Source: Octopus sinensis (lineage: Eukaryota). From it: a stretch of 64,000 bases of DNA. Both the position numbers and the translations under genes were made by a program. Positions 24,730 to 38,207 of this stretch are shown piece after piece; within the stretch, counting starts at the first letter, position 1; each line of letters starts with the position of its first letter. The stretch spans positions 1,116,001 through 1,180,000 of the forward strand of contig NC_043017.1 in assembly GCF_006345805.1 (NCBI RefSeq), given 5' to 3'. The notes beneath the pieces were generated by a model. That model worked only from the letters and a program-made list of their open reading frames with translations, made no database searches and was not told where the DNA came from.

Positions 24730-25825
24730 TAACAACCACAATAGCAGCTGTACCAGCAACATGACCACCACCAACAATTACTATGACACTAGAAGAACCT
24801 CCCCAACAAATATTTGAGTAGCACTACAGCCTCTACCACTACCATCACCAACCACTGAAGCAGTGTCTAATTTGCCAGCAGTACCACTAGCAACCTGAAC
24901 TCAAATAGCATTGCCGGTATCAACATCAAAGGTGTACCAATGCTACCAACACCAACTATATTAGCTGTACCACTACCACTAACGAAACCGACAACAGCAA
25001 TACCAGCACCAGCTGGACTACCGCTAGCACTACCAGCAGCAGCACTGCCGGCAGCAGCTGCACCACCACCACCACCACCACTCTCACTACTGCTCCATCA
25101 CCACTTTCACCAGCGCCAGCACCACCAACACCACCGCCGTCGCCGCCGCCGCCACCACCACCATCACCTCAACCACCACCACCACCACCACCACTATCGC
25201 CGCCGCCTCAGCCACCGCCGCTATTGCCGCTACCGTCGCTGCCACCGCTACCACCGCTACCGCCGCTGCCATCACCACCACCATTACCAGTAACACCATC
25301 AACCACAATAGCAGTAGCCATACGAGGTCCAGCAACACCAACATCCTTGTCAGTAGTACCATACTAACACCACCATCACCGCCACCACCAGTCATAACTG
25401 CAGAACTACCACCAACACTAGCTTCCCTGTCATGAACCACAAAAGCAGCGTCCAGAAGTACCACTGCCAACCACAACAGCCGTAGCTATACGTCGACGTC
25501 GACGGCGATTACCTCCGTCACCAACACCAACAATAAAATACACAACAACAGTACCCCGCCCCCATCTTCCTCTGCCACCACCATCCTCATCACTAATATC
25601 AGTTGCATTATCACCACCACCTTCAACATCATTAACTGCAACAGTACTAATGCGACTACTGCCACTAACTACCACTACAGCAGCGGTAACGTCACCACCA
25701 CCACTACTACCAGCACCACGGACATCACCACCATCACCACCACCACCACCACCACCACCAATCCCAACAGCAGTACCATCACGAACAACTACAATAGCAA
25801 CCATCGCCATCAGCAGCCACAGAGC
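24730..25825. repeat. About 1.1 kb degenerate (CAC/CAG/TAC/CGC)n trinucleotide tract
   Basis: Direct reading; produces poly-T/P/H/V ORFs on both strands. Confidence 0.9.
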
Positions 25826-26687
25826 AGCGGTTTTTATAGAAAAACGATCGATGGAAGCAAAGCGCGTGTTAATTTTGGCGAAGTATCTATCGTATTCAGA
25901 TGCCGTGGTTTATTTATTCATTTTTTTATGCATGTAAAGGTAAAAATGGTGGAGGAGGAATAAGGTTCGGGGGAAGAGGAAGAGGTAAAAATAAAAGATT
26001 GTTTAATGAAATTTCTTTAAATGAGAAAAATTTTTCTCATTCGCTGCTCTCATATAAGAAGGAAGTATCGATTCTAACCGAAGAACCATTTATTCAATAT
26101 GATTATTATGTTAAAACTTAAAACGCTATCACATTCTTTAATGTACTTAATTAAAAATCTGTCCAGCTAGTCTGCTTCGCTATATTGAGAAATTAATTTC
26201 ACAGTAATGATTAAAAACTACATTATGGTATAAGGAACATCAAAATTCATTCTGTCCTTTATGCGAATGGGTTTTCGTGCGTATATTACCACGTGTATTT
26301 TTGTTGTTTTTTCTTACATATTTTCTTTGTTTTTATGTTTATGTAGATTTATCATCGATTCATCGATTATTATTTTTCCAATATTCAAGTAGTCCCTCGA
26401 GTAGGTTGTGTCATTAGGGCGCTTGGTAACTGTGCGAAGGGTCATCGATTTCTATGTATATCGTTAACCGTTGCTCATCTGGCTTTCTGAATGAAAACTA
26501 CGCAATTAACGCTGCTGTCATTAACATTGCAGACACACGCAGCCATGTTTGCTGACTGGGACATCAGCGAAAGCACGGAATTTCACACAAAATATGCAGA
26601 ATAAACATGAAATGACTTCCAGTTGGATTCTACGGTGTCACGGGTGGAGTTGAGCTGAAGATGGAAACAGAACGAACCTGGTGTGGC

Positions 26688-26796
26688 TATGTGGGAAGAG
26701 GCTTGCTTCGCAACCATATCATTCTGGGTTCAGTCCCACTGCGTGTCGTCACCTTAGGCAATGGTCTTTTACTATTTCCTCCAGCCGCCCAAAGCC

Positions 26797-26836
<40 letters not shown>

Positions 26837-26900
26837 ATATCTGTGTGTCTTTGTGATTGTTTGTCTCCCCAACACCGCTTCTCAACCGGTGTTGGTGCGT
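26688..26900 (+). mobile_element. SINE family B (partial)
   Basis: gcttgcttcgcaaccatatcattctgggttcagtcccactgcgtg. Confidence 0.85.
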
Positions 26901-27914
26901 CTTTCAAGGGTAGTCTTACATCTGCACCTGTATATGGAGACATGGATTCGATTTTCTAAAGAAAAGAAAAAGTACCCATGCATGCAGATATCTATTTTCT
27001 ACACCACTGATATTGATCCAAGAAGAAATGCTGCCTAATTCCCCCGATACAGCGAAGCACCAGTCTCGTTGAGAACGTAGATTTGAGAATACATCTTTGG
27101 CACTGTCAGTAAATAAATAAAATTTTACAATCGTTAAATAGACGGATAAAGCAAATCATCCAAGGAAACCTGTATGAATACAAAATACTCAACGTATTTG
27201 TGATGTTGAGGAACGCCAGAAGCTGCGTGTTTCGTCCGGAAAAATTTCCCGTTGTTTCTGTTAAAAAAACGCAACATTCTTCTGGGCTAAGCGGAGTGAA
27301 ATCGACCCAGGGAATGACACAAAATGAATTGTAACCCGCGTATTCGGCACATTCGCAAACGTGTGTATGGTTTAAACATTGTCTCCGTATACTATAGACC
27401 AGCTGATTCAATTTCGTTTCGGAAGTGACCTGAGTATGGGACCTTGATAAACCGCACTTACGTCGAAAACGTAGCTATCGCACTCGCGGTCAATTTTGCG
27501 ACGAATTCGTTTCACCTACATCTGAAGTATATTGTACTTTTCTTTAGCAGAATAGCTCTATGAAGGGGTTTTTCGCTGACGAAAACCGCAGCTTTTCGCT
27601 TTTCTACAACACACGATCGCCATATTGAGAAAGTTTTTAATATAGAGTTTCTACTACTGCATAATTTGAATTTTAGCTAATAAAAATATGTGGCTGTTTT
27701 GCCCATGTTTAGAAACCTGTATTCATAATTTACACCCTGACTTCAGTTCCCACGCTACTATTTTATGGCCATATAACATCGAATATATCAAAGGATTAAC
27801 AGGAGAGAATTAGGGTTGAGCTCAATAAATATTTATCTTGGTTTCCTTTATTACATGAAAAACTGAACAGATATAATTGAATTCACGCCATTTCTCTATA
27901 ATATTGATATTTTA

Positions 27915-28590
27915 GAGAGAGAGGTGGAGCGAGAGAGGGGGTGACAGACTGACTGAGGGAAACGGAGGGGAGGAGAGAGGAAGAAGAGAGAGGAAGAAGA
28001 GAGAAAAGGTGGAAGAGAGAGAGAGGGAGAGAGAAACAAAGGACAGATTACGAATGAGAAACAATCCCGAGAGAATATTCCAAGATACATAACTGTATTA
28101 CAATATGTGTCTAGATTAACGCATTGGATATTAAATTAAGAGAAATAGGAGAGGAATACAGGGGAAAGAGAAACGGGGGAGAGCGAGTGGCGGAGAGGGA
28201 TGTGGCGAGAAAGGAGGAGAGAGAAGGAGAGAGATCGGTTTGGGAGAATAGAAACAGGATTAGTGAAATATGTTATATTGAATGAAAATCCTGAGACAAA
28301 GACGGAGGAGGAGAAGGAGAGAGAGAGGGGGGAGTGAGTGAGGAGAAAGAAGGAGAGAGAGTGAAGAAGAGGGAGAGGGAGGGAGAGATGGTTGATGGAG
28401 AGGGAAAAAGGGAAGAGAGGAAGTTAATAAAGGGGGAGCACAGAGAAAAGGAAGAGGAGAGAGGGGGAACTAGAGAGAACGGTAGAGAGAGAAGAGAGAA
28501 GGGAGAGGGAGGGAAGGGAAGGGGTGAGGGAGAGAGAATGTGGAAGAGAAGGTAGGGAGAAGTAAGAGGAAGGCTGGGTGGGTGGGGACA
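27915..28590. repeat. About 670 bp polypurine (GA/GGA)n low-complexity tract
   Basis: Direct reading; the + strand is overwhelmingly A/G. Confidence 0.9.
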
Positions 28591-29471
28591 GAAATGTTAT
28601 GGATCTTGTGACAGCTCTCAAAACAGGAAAATATGTTAGATATGGATATATATGAGCGCATGCGCACGAGTGGGCGTGCGATAAAGAGGTTCAGTTTGTA
28701 GTCGAATGGTTCAAGTCTCGATCCCACTGCGTTGCATGTGTGATGTATGCCGAATTGGGTTGCACCCTTTGACGATCAGTTCGACTTGGCCTGTTTTAGA
28801 AACGAGGATAAGGTTAAGATTACTGGCATTGATATAGCATGTCTAGAAAACCTTACAATGGATGCACCATTATGGCCAGATCCATTGAGTGAATCTCCGT
28901 AAAAGAATTCAGTCATTTTGATGTGGCCCTACTGGGGCAACACTCGGTATATGAAATGTAAATTTAGAACCAATAGGATTTTGAACTCACATTAAATATG
29001 AACGTTTCCAGTACTGTAACTAGCAGGTCATTATTTCGACATTCCACTGTAATATAACGTTCATCAGTTAACTTTTTAATTACGTAATTATAGACTTAAA
29101 TACCACGTGTTCCATCGTTAAAAAGGAATTATTTCACGTCTCACGCAGCATCTAATGTTTCTGATTTTTATGATATAATTTATGCTCGGCTCCCAACGGT
29201 TTTTTTTACCTATGGACCTCTTTTCATTTTTATTCTGCTCGAGTGGAAATACATTTCCAACTAATGTTTAAAAAACTCCTATTATATTTTTGTGATTAAT
29301 TATTATTAGGAATTGAGTACAAAGAAACTTAAAATATTTTGTGTTTTGTAGACCTGTAACCGATTTATTACAAATATGTTTTAAGAACGAACACTTATAT
29401 AGATCCCGAAGGGTACTTTGAAACCCGGCTGAGCACCACTGCTAATAACAATATACTATCATCTTTGGTGT

Positions 29472-29990
29472 GGAGGCACAATGGCAAAGTGGTTAGGGCA
29501 GTGGACTCGCGGTTGTAGGATCGCGATTTCGATTCCCTGACCGGGCATTGTGAGTGTTTATTCAGCGAAAACACCGAAAAGCTCCACGATGTTCCGGCAG
29601 GGGTTGGTGGCAAACCCTGCTGTACTCTTTCACCACAACTTTCTCTCACTCTTTCTTCCTGTTTCTGTTGTACCTGTATTTCAAAGGGCCAGCCTTCTCA
29701 CATTCTGTGTAACGCTGAATCTCCCCGAGAACTACGTTTAGGGTATACGTGTCTGTGGAGTGCTCAGCCACTTGCACGTTAATAAGTGAGTTGCGACGTC
29801 ACTGGTGCCAAGCTGTATCGGCCCCTTTGCCTTTCCCTTGGATAGTATCGGTGGCGTGGAGAGGAGAGGCTGGAATGCATGGGCGACTGCTGGTCTTCGA
29901 TAAACAACCTTGCCCAGACTTGTGACTAGGAGGGTAACTTTCTAGGTGCAATCTCATGGTCATTCATGACCGAAGAGCGTCACAACAAAA
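29472..29990 (+). mobile_element. Family C head joined to a different 3' half (family E)
   Basis: Family C head to about 29665, then ..ccaagctgtatcggcccctttgcctttcccttggatag..aaacaaccttgcccagacttg..ggtcattcatgacc; 3' half homologous to 52035-52240 (minus). Confidence 0.82.
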
Positions 29991-30234
29991 TTATCTTCGG
30001 TGAAACAAGACTGCTTCACTGGACACAGTTTTGAATGATTCCTTTGGTTCAATGATAGAAATTTTATGATATTTAGAGAAGACAGCCGCTGCTTTACAAT
30101 CGGTACGCGGGTCGTTTCATTCGAATACTGAACTTTTTAAAGTCGGAGCCTCAGAATGACCGCAATCTAATCACTGAAACAACTCAGAGATTAAATATAA
30201 AATATGATATAATATAATATAATATAATATAATG

Positions 30235-30330
<96 letters not shown>

Positions 30331-30420
30331 CAAATAAGAAAATGGAGAAACAATTTAGTTGGTTCATCAGATTTAGGATATTAGAATGTTGACTTATTTA
30401 TTTATTTAAATTCGTTAATC

Positions 30421-30469
<49 letters not shown>

Positions 30470-30475
<6 letters not shown>

Positions 30476-30724
30476 TGAAAGAATGGAGTTGAACGACGAA
30501 TTAACAAAATTCCTTTATTTTCGACATATCACTATGGGCTCCGTGTGAGCAGTCATCTAAAAGTTTTTTATGCATCTTGATGTTGACATAAGTTCCTTGC
30601 TTTTCCTGATGAGAAAGCAGCATAATATACTCCTTCGCAATTAGGAATATGCAGCCTTCGAAACATATGTCGAAAATAAAGGAATTTTGTTAATTCGTCG
30701 TTCAACTCCATTCTTTCATATATT
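30470..30724. repeat. Inverted repeat flanking the hammerhead
   Basis: About 30470-30529 is the reverse complement of about 30665-30724 (atatgtcgaaaataaaggaattttgttaattcgtcgttcaactccattctttcatatat). Confidence 0.92.
30586..30690 (+). ncRNA. Type I hammerhead ribozyme, complete core
   Basis: Helix I ttttc/gaaaa extended by agttcctt/aaggaatt; CTGATGA 30606-30612; helix II g30613:c30659 with gcagcat/atgcagc; GAAAC 30660-30664; palindrome ACATATGT; GUC cleavage triplet 30669-30671. Confidence 0.85.
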
Positions 30725-30857
30725 TATATTTAAAAAAAAGACATACAAATTTCCACACGAAAGCACGTAACTTCAAACGTGTCTTCTCTGATGTGAATTT
30801 GCTACCCAGGTATCGGTTAACCGAATTATCCATAACAAGATAATTCATCCAACTACT

Positions 30858-31025
<168 letters not shown>

Positions 31026-31159
31026 TATACATAAATATATATATATATATATATACATATGTATGTATACACACATACATGCACACGCACACATATATAT
31101 ACGTACGTATGTGTATGTATATAGTTATAAGCATGAATACGTATATTCTGCCGGCTTGA

Positions 31160-31316
31160 GCGTGGTTTTGTCTATCAAATTCCACACATAAAACGTTGAT
31201 GAAATCGAAGCTTCGTACAAGGGAAGACACTTGTCCAATTGCCCGTGGAGCAGGATCGAACTCTGACTAGACCATTTGCGATTAAAACACTTCTTACCGA
31301 TACATACAGCCATGGT
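31160..31316 (-). mobile_element. SINE family B, old degenerate copy
   Basis: gaagacacttgtccaattgcccgtgg..gatcgaactc..acatacagccat. Confidence 0.6.
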
Positions 31317-32092
31317 TATCTCTATTTTTGTACATTTCTACATATGTTTTTATTCTTAAACCGAATGCGCTCGGTTTAACAGAAAATAAACATAAATATC
31401 TTTCCTTTGCTTTTCTTTTCATATTTTTAACTCTCCTGTATGTCAAACTCGTAATTTTCTATCGACGTTATTTACAATCTATCATTGATATTGGCGGCAA
31501 AGTAACCCCATAATTCTGGTAATATTAAAAGAGCCGTCAGTTTTGACAGCAGAGGTTATAGTAATAATAAATTATGGTTGTGTTAGAGAAGAACATCAAA
31601 GAATATGGACAGTTGTGGTCTCTTTCTTATATTATAACAGGAATAACCGATATAGCAATTTCTATATATATATGTGTGTGTATATTTTATATTACACATA
31701 CATGAATAGGTATATGTACGATGTGTGTTGAGTACGTAGTGTACAGTTTGATTATATATTGATATAGTCTTGAGTAATGTTTATGGTATAAACGTTTCAT
31801 TATTATCGTTGTATGTTGTCCTCCATTTGTCAACCTTGTGGCAAATAAAACGGCAAATTACTCTGAGCAACAAAAATTTAGCCATTGGTGTGTGTGTGTG
31901 CGTGTGTGTTGGTGGATGAGTGGGTTAGGAAATATCTCTGACTCTGTTGACAGACATATACAGATATATATATATGTATATACGTGTGTGGATGTGTGTA
32001 TGTGAGTATTTGCAGGAGCGTGTATGTGCGCGTGTGTATATATCTAAACACACACACACACACACATATATATATGTATGTATACATATATG

Positions 32093-32125
<33 letters not shown>

Positions 32126-32172
32126 ACATGCATGTATGTATGCATCTATGTATGTATGTATATATATGTATA

Positions 32173-32205
<33 letters not shown>

Positions 32206-32529
32206 TCTGTGTAAGTCGGAGCTTTTTCTATGTAAATCATATATAGTCTCTTTTATTTAATGTATTTAATATTGTTCTTATATCGACCTGTCTCACTTGC
32301 TTGTTCTTACATTTACTCATATATATATATATATATACACACATATATTATCAGATTGATCTGATAATAATGACCGCTTTAAGTGCTGTGTTTTGAAACG
32401 CCATTTTATCATAGTATTTTGATTACCTTTTAGGTGAGTTGCGACATACTTGATAATTGATGTATGCTCTTTAATAATTCTCTACTTACTTTGGACAGAA
32501 AATATTGCTGTAGAATAGGTGCTCTTATA

Positions 32530-33415
32530 ATTATGAACATGACGATAAGGAGCTTCGCTCAGTTTTCGGGCATTAGTTCAAGTTTGGCACAATGCCTTCC
32601 AAACTGCTGCCTATATCAACAGAGAATGGGGATCGGAGTCCACAATTCATCGCACACTACGAAGGTGTTTTCAGAAATTCTGTGGTGTTGATGAGAGCCT
32701 TGAAGACGAATATATTAGAGAACGGTCTTGCAATTTTGACAATAAAGAATTGAAAGCAATAATTGTTGAACAAAAGCAAAGTGTCTCGAGCATTTGGTGT
32801 GGCTATTGCAACGATCTCACCCAGTCTGCAGAAGATTGTTAAGGTGAAAAAGATCGATAAATGAGTACTGCATGAGATCAATGAAAATCCAAAATGTTAG
32901 GTCTTTTGAAGTGTGCTTAATGTACTTTCTGCGAAACATCGATGACATTTCCCACAAACATTTCCCAAAGTCAAATTTGCATATGCAAAAGATTTTGGTG
33001 ACTGTTTGGTGTTCTGTAATTGATGGTGTCCATTACAAGCATTCTAGAAACCAATAAGAGCATTACATTAGAGGTTTACTGCAACCCCTTACTAAAATGT
33101 GTGCTCACTTGCAAAATTGAGACCTGCATCGCTGAATCGGCGTGGCCCACTTCTGCTTCACGATAAAAGCCACATATTGCAAGAATGATCGCTGCAGAAA
33201 CTCAGACTTGGGATACGATACTTTACAACTTTCTCCTTATTCTCCTGATCTTTCACCCACTGATTACAATTTTTTTAAGCATTTAAACACGTTTTTGAGT
33301 GATCAAAATTTCAGGTCCAGACCAGAGGTGGAATCAGCTTTCTAAGACTTCTTAACATCAAAGCCAATAAGTTTTTATCAACGAGGCATAAATAATCTCT
33401 CTGATCGATGGTTTT
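32530..33415 (+). mobile_element. Tc1/mariner transposase pseudogene, near full length with an internal deletion
   Basis: KELRSVF..FKFG..YINREWG..ESLEDE..KVKKIDK*VLHE..KILVTVWCS..LSPYSPDLSPTDYNFFKHLNTFL..FYQRGINNLSDRW; many frameshifts. Confidence 0.9.
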
Positions 33416-33509
33416 AGCTTACTTCACTGGTAGTGAACAGCTGACACTGTAGTACATCTCCAGCGTTAGAAGCTGTGCAAAGGTAAAGATAATAAATATA
33501 TATATGATA

Positions 33510-33960
33510 ATAGGCGAGAAATATATGCCATAATATACATCTGGAAGATCCTGGAAGGACTTGTTCCAAACTTTGGCACCGAGAGTTACACAAATATTAG
33601 AACTGAGCGCCACTGCATAGCACCAACGACTCCAAATTTTCCATCAAGATGTAGGACAAGATACGGCAATAGCCTGGGCTTCAGAGGTCGACAGCTCTTC
33701 AATATCCTCCCGAAAGACCTGAGAGACCTGCATGGGATGGATGTAGGTGTCTTCAAAATAAAGCTAGACCTCTTCCTGTCAGGTGTCCCAGATGACTCAT
33801 CTTCGCAGCAGGAGGTACAGATGAGGGCAGCGGCATCAAACTCTCTCATGCACCAAATGCCAATTGCTAAAAATGAAGTAAAATTACGTAGCAACATCAA
33901 ATGGCGGTGCCCCAGTATGGCCACAGCTCGTGAGCTGAAACTAAATGAAATAAAAAAAGT
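33510..33960 (+). mobile_element. CR1-group LINE 3' end (C-terminus of the RT ORF plus tail)
   Basis: RREIYAIIYIWKILEGLVPNFG..RHC..NSLGFRGRQLFNILPKDLRDL..FKIKLDLFLSGVPD; homologous to 40498-40918; clade assignment from motif recall. Confidence 0.8.
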
Positions 33961-34299
33961 TATAATAAAGGCATTGTGAGACTAATACATGAGGACAGAA
34001 CGATATTAAGCAAAAGAATTGATAGGAAAAACAACGGTTATGTTATATACTTTATTAGGTCACAGCCGTTTCTTCTAGAAGATGCACTGGACTCGTAGTT
34101 GAGTACTTGAGTGACATGCTACGACTTCAACGCAGACTCGAATATGAATTGCAACTTATTTGGTGGAAATGAATTTCTATGCAACACAAGTTTATGGAAT
34201 ATAAGAGGAGGCATTACCAGGGAGAAAGTCATTATATAAAAGAGAGTATGTCTACGGGGCAATTACATTTAATAGTAGAAAGAAAAGAAAGAATATAGG

Positions 34300-34346
<47 letters not shown>

Positions 34347-34435
34347 GCAGGCTAATCGAAAAACGTACGTACTAACACGGCCTGAAACACATAGCAGATT
34401 TACACACACACACTCATATCAATATATCTATCTAT

Positions 34436-34481
<46 letters not shown>

Positions 34482-34870
34482 ATATATGCACACATATACA
34501 TACGCTGTGTGTGCTTGTCCGTCTGCATCCGTTTTTCGAGCGAATGCACATGTTTATATATAACGTATTATTTCTACTTTTTCTACTATTAAATATGATT
34601 GCCTTTTAGATATGCACTTTTTCTTTTTGTATACACGCGTAATGAATTTCTCAACAGCAATGACTTCCTTGTATATTACACAACTGTAATTCTCTTTTTC
34701 GCAAATTAATTGCACTTCATATCCGAGACTCCGATGAAGCTCTAAAATGTTATCCAGGCACTCACACACAAGCCCAATGCATCCAATATTCGAAGCAGCC
34801 GTGAGCGAATGAAATTCATTACATAACCATTATTCTTCCTGCCATCTTTTTGTACACACACACACACACG

Positions 34871-34924
<54 letters not shown>

Positions 34925-35000
34925 CATATATATATATATATACATTATTATATATATATATATATATATGTATATATGTACATATCTATCTATCTATCTC

Positions 35001-35121
<121 letters not shown>

Positions 35122-35154
35122 ATATATATACGTACATACGTATGTTGATCCATA

Positions 35155-35351
35155 CTCCTTTAATTGTTTCCGTCACTTTGACTGCGGCCATGCTGGAGCC
35201 CCGGCTTTAGTCGAGCAAATAGTCCCCAGGACCTATTCTTTATAAACCTAGTAATTATTCTATTGGTCTCTTGTGACGAAACACTGAGTTACGGGGACGT
35301 AAACACACCAGCATCGGTTGTCAATCGAGGAGGGGGGACAAACACACAGAA

Positions 35352-35420
<69 letters not shown>

Positions 35421-35545
35421 TATACATATATACGACGTGCTTCTTTCAGTTTCCGTCTACCAAATCCACTCACAGAGCTTTGGTCGGCCCGAGGCTATGT
35501 AGTTCGTAAGCAAGCTACTTACCACACAGCCACTCCTACGCCTAT
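35155..35545 (-). mobile_element. SINE family B, near full length
   Basis: tttgactgcggccatgctggagc...ttcagtttccgtctaccaaatccactcac. Confidence 0.9.
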
Positions 35546-36429
35546 ATATATATATATATATAATATGCAACTAATATTATATTACGTTTAAAATTCTCTA
35601 TTATGCTTAGATATTGAGTAATCAAGATTCCTGCAGTGTGGATCGTTATAGTGTAAACTGGATATTAAATGGGCCGGTCCATATGATATGTGAAAAGGAA
35701 TCAGTCATGAAAATAGCACATTAGATTTCTTCCCCCGTCATTTAAAGCAGTTAACTACTACACAATAATGTACTGGTGTAAGATCCTGCTTCGCTATTCA
35801 CATCACCGATGCCTGTATATGTACTATAAGTAATTCGATATTGTACTTGTATTCGGTTAAGTGGTTACCGTATTTTGTTCCTATAATCTATGATGCTGCT
35901 ATATGTGTTCAGAAAATGTGTTTGTTTTGCATTGTGTTCGTATGATTTCAATAGGTAATCGTCCTTGTGTATATCACAATAATAACTCTAGCTATGTATG
36001 TGGGCTCTATACTCCTCTAAAGCAGCAAATATACATTTATAAAGGTATGATAATGACCAAATTTGACTAGAGACATAACATTGGTTGTAACGTTTCCTAT
36101 TCCCGTGATTTTTGCTATTTCGGCTCCGCGAATATGACAGGAATGTAAGTAAGAATTGAAGCAAACCAGGTAACAAATCAATATCGAAAATGTTCCGGTT
36201 TTACGAAACATACATAACACCTGGTTCGCTATGAGTTGCGTGAGGGCTTTAAGACGATCGCTATATATCATCCACATACTTGTATTTCTCAGATATTTCA
36301 ATATATCAATTAAACTGAGAATAATTCAACAACATAGTGAAGATTTGCAAAAAGAGAAAATAAAGCCACTATTTCCAGTTTTCAGGAATAGCAACTTCTT
36401 TCGCTGACCTTTACAATTACGAATATGAT

Positions 36430-36550
36430 TTAAAGTTTTGGAGATATAATTCTGGTTTTAAATCACCTTTAGTCATCCATAGGCATCTTATTTCTCTGTG
36501 TGTCTCATCATCAACATCTCTTTGAAATTGTCTATGCATTCTTTTCTTTA
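36430..36550 (-). mobile_element. R4/Dong-clade LINE short fragment
   Basis: KRMHRQFQRDVDDETHREIRCLWMTKGDLKPE resembles the R4/Dong HGQF..D......W.W...G.LK.ETE segment upstream of the CCHC knuckle. Confidence 0.6.
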
Positions 36551-36559
36551 TCTTTCTAT

Positions 36560-36691
36560 TTTCAGAAGGCTTCGGTCGACCCGAGGCTACGGTGCCCAAG
36601 GTGCCACGTAATGAGAATGAACCCGGAACTATATGGTTGGTAAGCAAGCTACTTAACACAGTCAATCCTGCGCCTATAATTTATATGTATT

Positions 36692-36724
<33 letters not shown>

Positions 36725-37105
36725 CTGTGTGTGTGTGTGTACTCTTTAATCTTTTACTTGTTTCTGTCATTTGACTGCGGCCATGCTGGAGCTCCGCCTT
36801 TAATCGAGCAACTCGACCCCGGAACTTATCCTTTTGTAAGCCCAGTACCTATTCTATCGGTCTCTTTTGCCGAACCGCTAAGTAACGGGGACATAAACAC
36901 ACGAGCATCGGTTGTCTAGCAATGGCAGGGGGACAAACACATACACAAAAACACAAACACGTACATATATATATACATATATACGACGGGCTACCAAATC
37001 AACTCACAAGGCTTTGGTCGGCCCGAGGCTATAGTAGTGGGACTGAACCCGGAACAATGTGGTTGGTAAACAAGCTACTTACCACACAGCCACTCCTGCG
37101 CCTAT
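36560..37105 (-). mobile_element. Two adjacent SINE family B copies (36560-36675 partial; 36750-37105 near full length)
   Basis: Two separate heads (..gtaagcaagctacttaacacagtc and ..aacaagctacttaccacacagccac). Confidence 0.88.
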
Positions 37106-38174
37106 ATTCACTCTGAATTTATTGTACCTATAAATATATGTATATATATATATGCATTCATAGGTGTGTGCGAGTATGTGTGTGTGAGTGTAGATATATA
37201 TTCATATATGTATATACGTAAATACAAATACTTAGAAAACAAGGAACATTAAAACAATCTCAACAAGTTTTCCTGTAGTGAGCCTCACTTTCATTGCGTC
37301 TGAATTTCTCCACGTCTTAAGATTAATGTGTTCTTCATTTTCTATTTTCGTTCAATGGTAAATGTAGACACAAATGTACACTCACCGACACACCCTCTCA
37401 TGTAGACGCACGTAGGCGTGCACGTATACGCACCTTCACACACATAGACATAGGTTCTTATATGTATGTAAACTCGAGTATGGTCAACATGATATATATA
37501 TATATACCTGTGTTATATATATACATATATATGTGTGCATATATATATATATGTGTGCATATATATATATATATAGATAGATAAATATATAAGTTTACAT
37601 ATATATACATACATATATACACACATACACACAGACACACATACACCCATACACATGCATACACAGACACATATATATATATAATTATATAGTATTTATC
37701 AGTCAATATCACCGTAAGTATGTATGTTTTTGTTTAATTTGTCTGTGAATGTTCATGTGATCTTAGGTATTAGATTTTTTCCTATCTCTTAAAATATATA
37801 TCTTGAGAGATTTGCTTGCAAACTTTTAAGGTATCTCAGATCGATTCTTGCTCGCAAATATGAGAGGAGACTCAAACAGGCAAAGTGAATTATTTACCGC
37901 TGTAAATCTAAGACTTCAGTTTAACTGATAGCAACATTACAGTAAACACGTTTTGCCGTGTCGCAAATATAAAGTTATTTCAATTTCATCCATTTTACTC
38001 TCTCTCCCTCTCTCTCTTTCTCACATACACTCGCACGCGCGCGCATGCACCGACACACATGCATGCATACATATATATATAATACATACATGCACACACA
38101 GATATATACACACATGCATATAAACTATGTGTATATATATATATATATGTCTGTGTATATATATATAGAGATAG

Positions 38175-38206
<32 letters not shown>

Positions 38207-38207
38207 A

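Noticed and set aside
28656-28665. GCGCATGCGC NRF1/Ewg-like palindrome
   Set aside because: Single short motif in a decayed purine-pyrimidine alternating context, with no other promoter evidence.
29020-29075. Minus-strand CTGATGA-acgtt...aatgtc-GAAAT motif
   Set aside because: No NUH triplet, no helix I pairing and no helix III palindrome; compatible with chance in AT-rich DNA.
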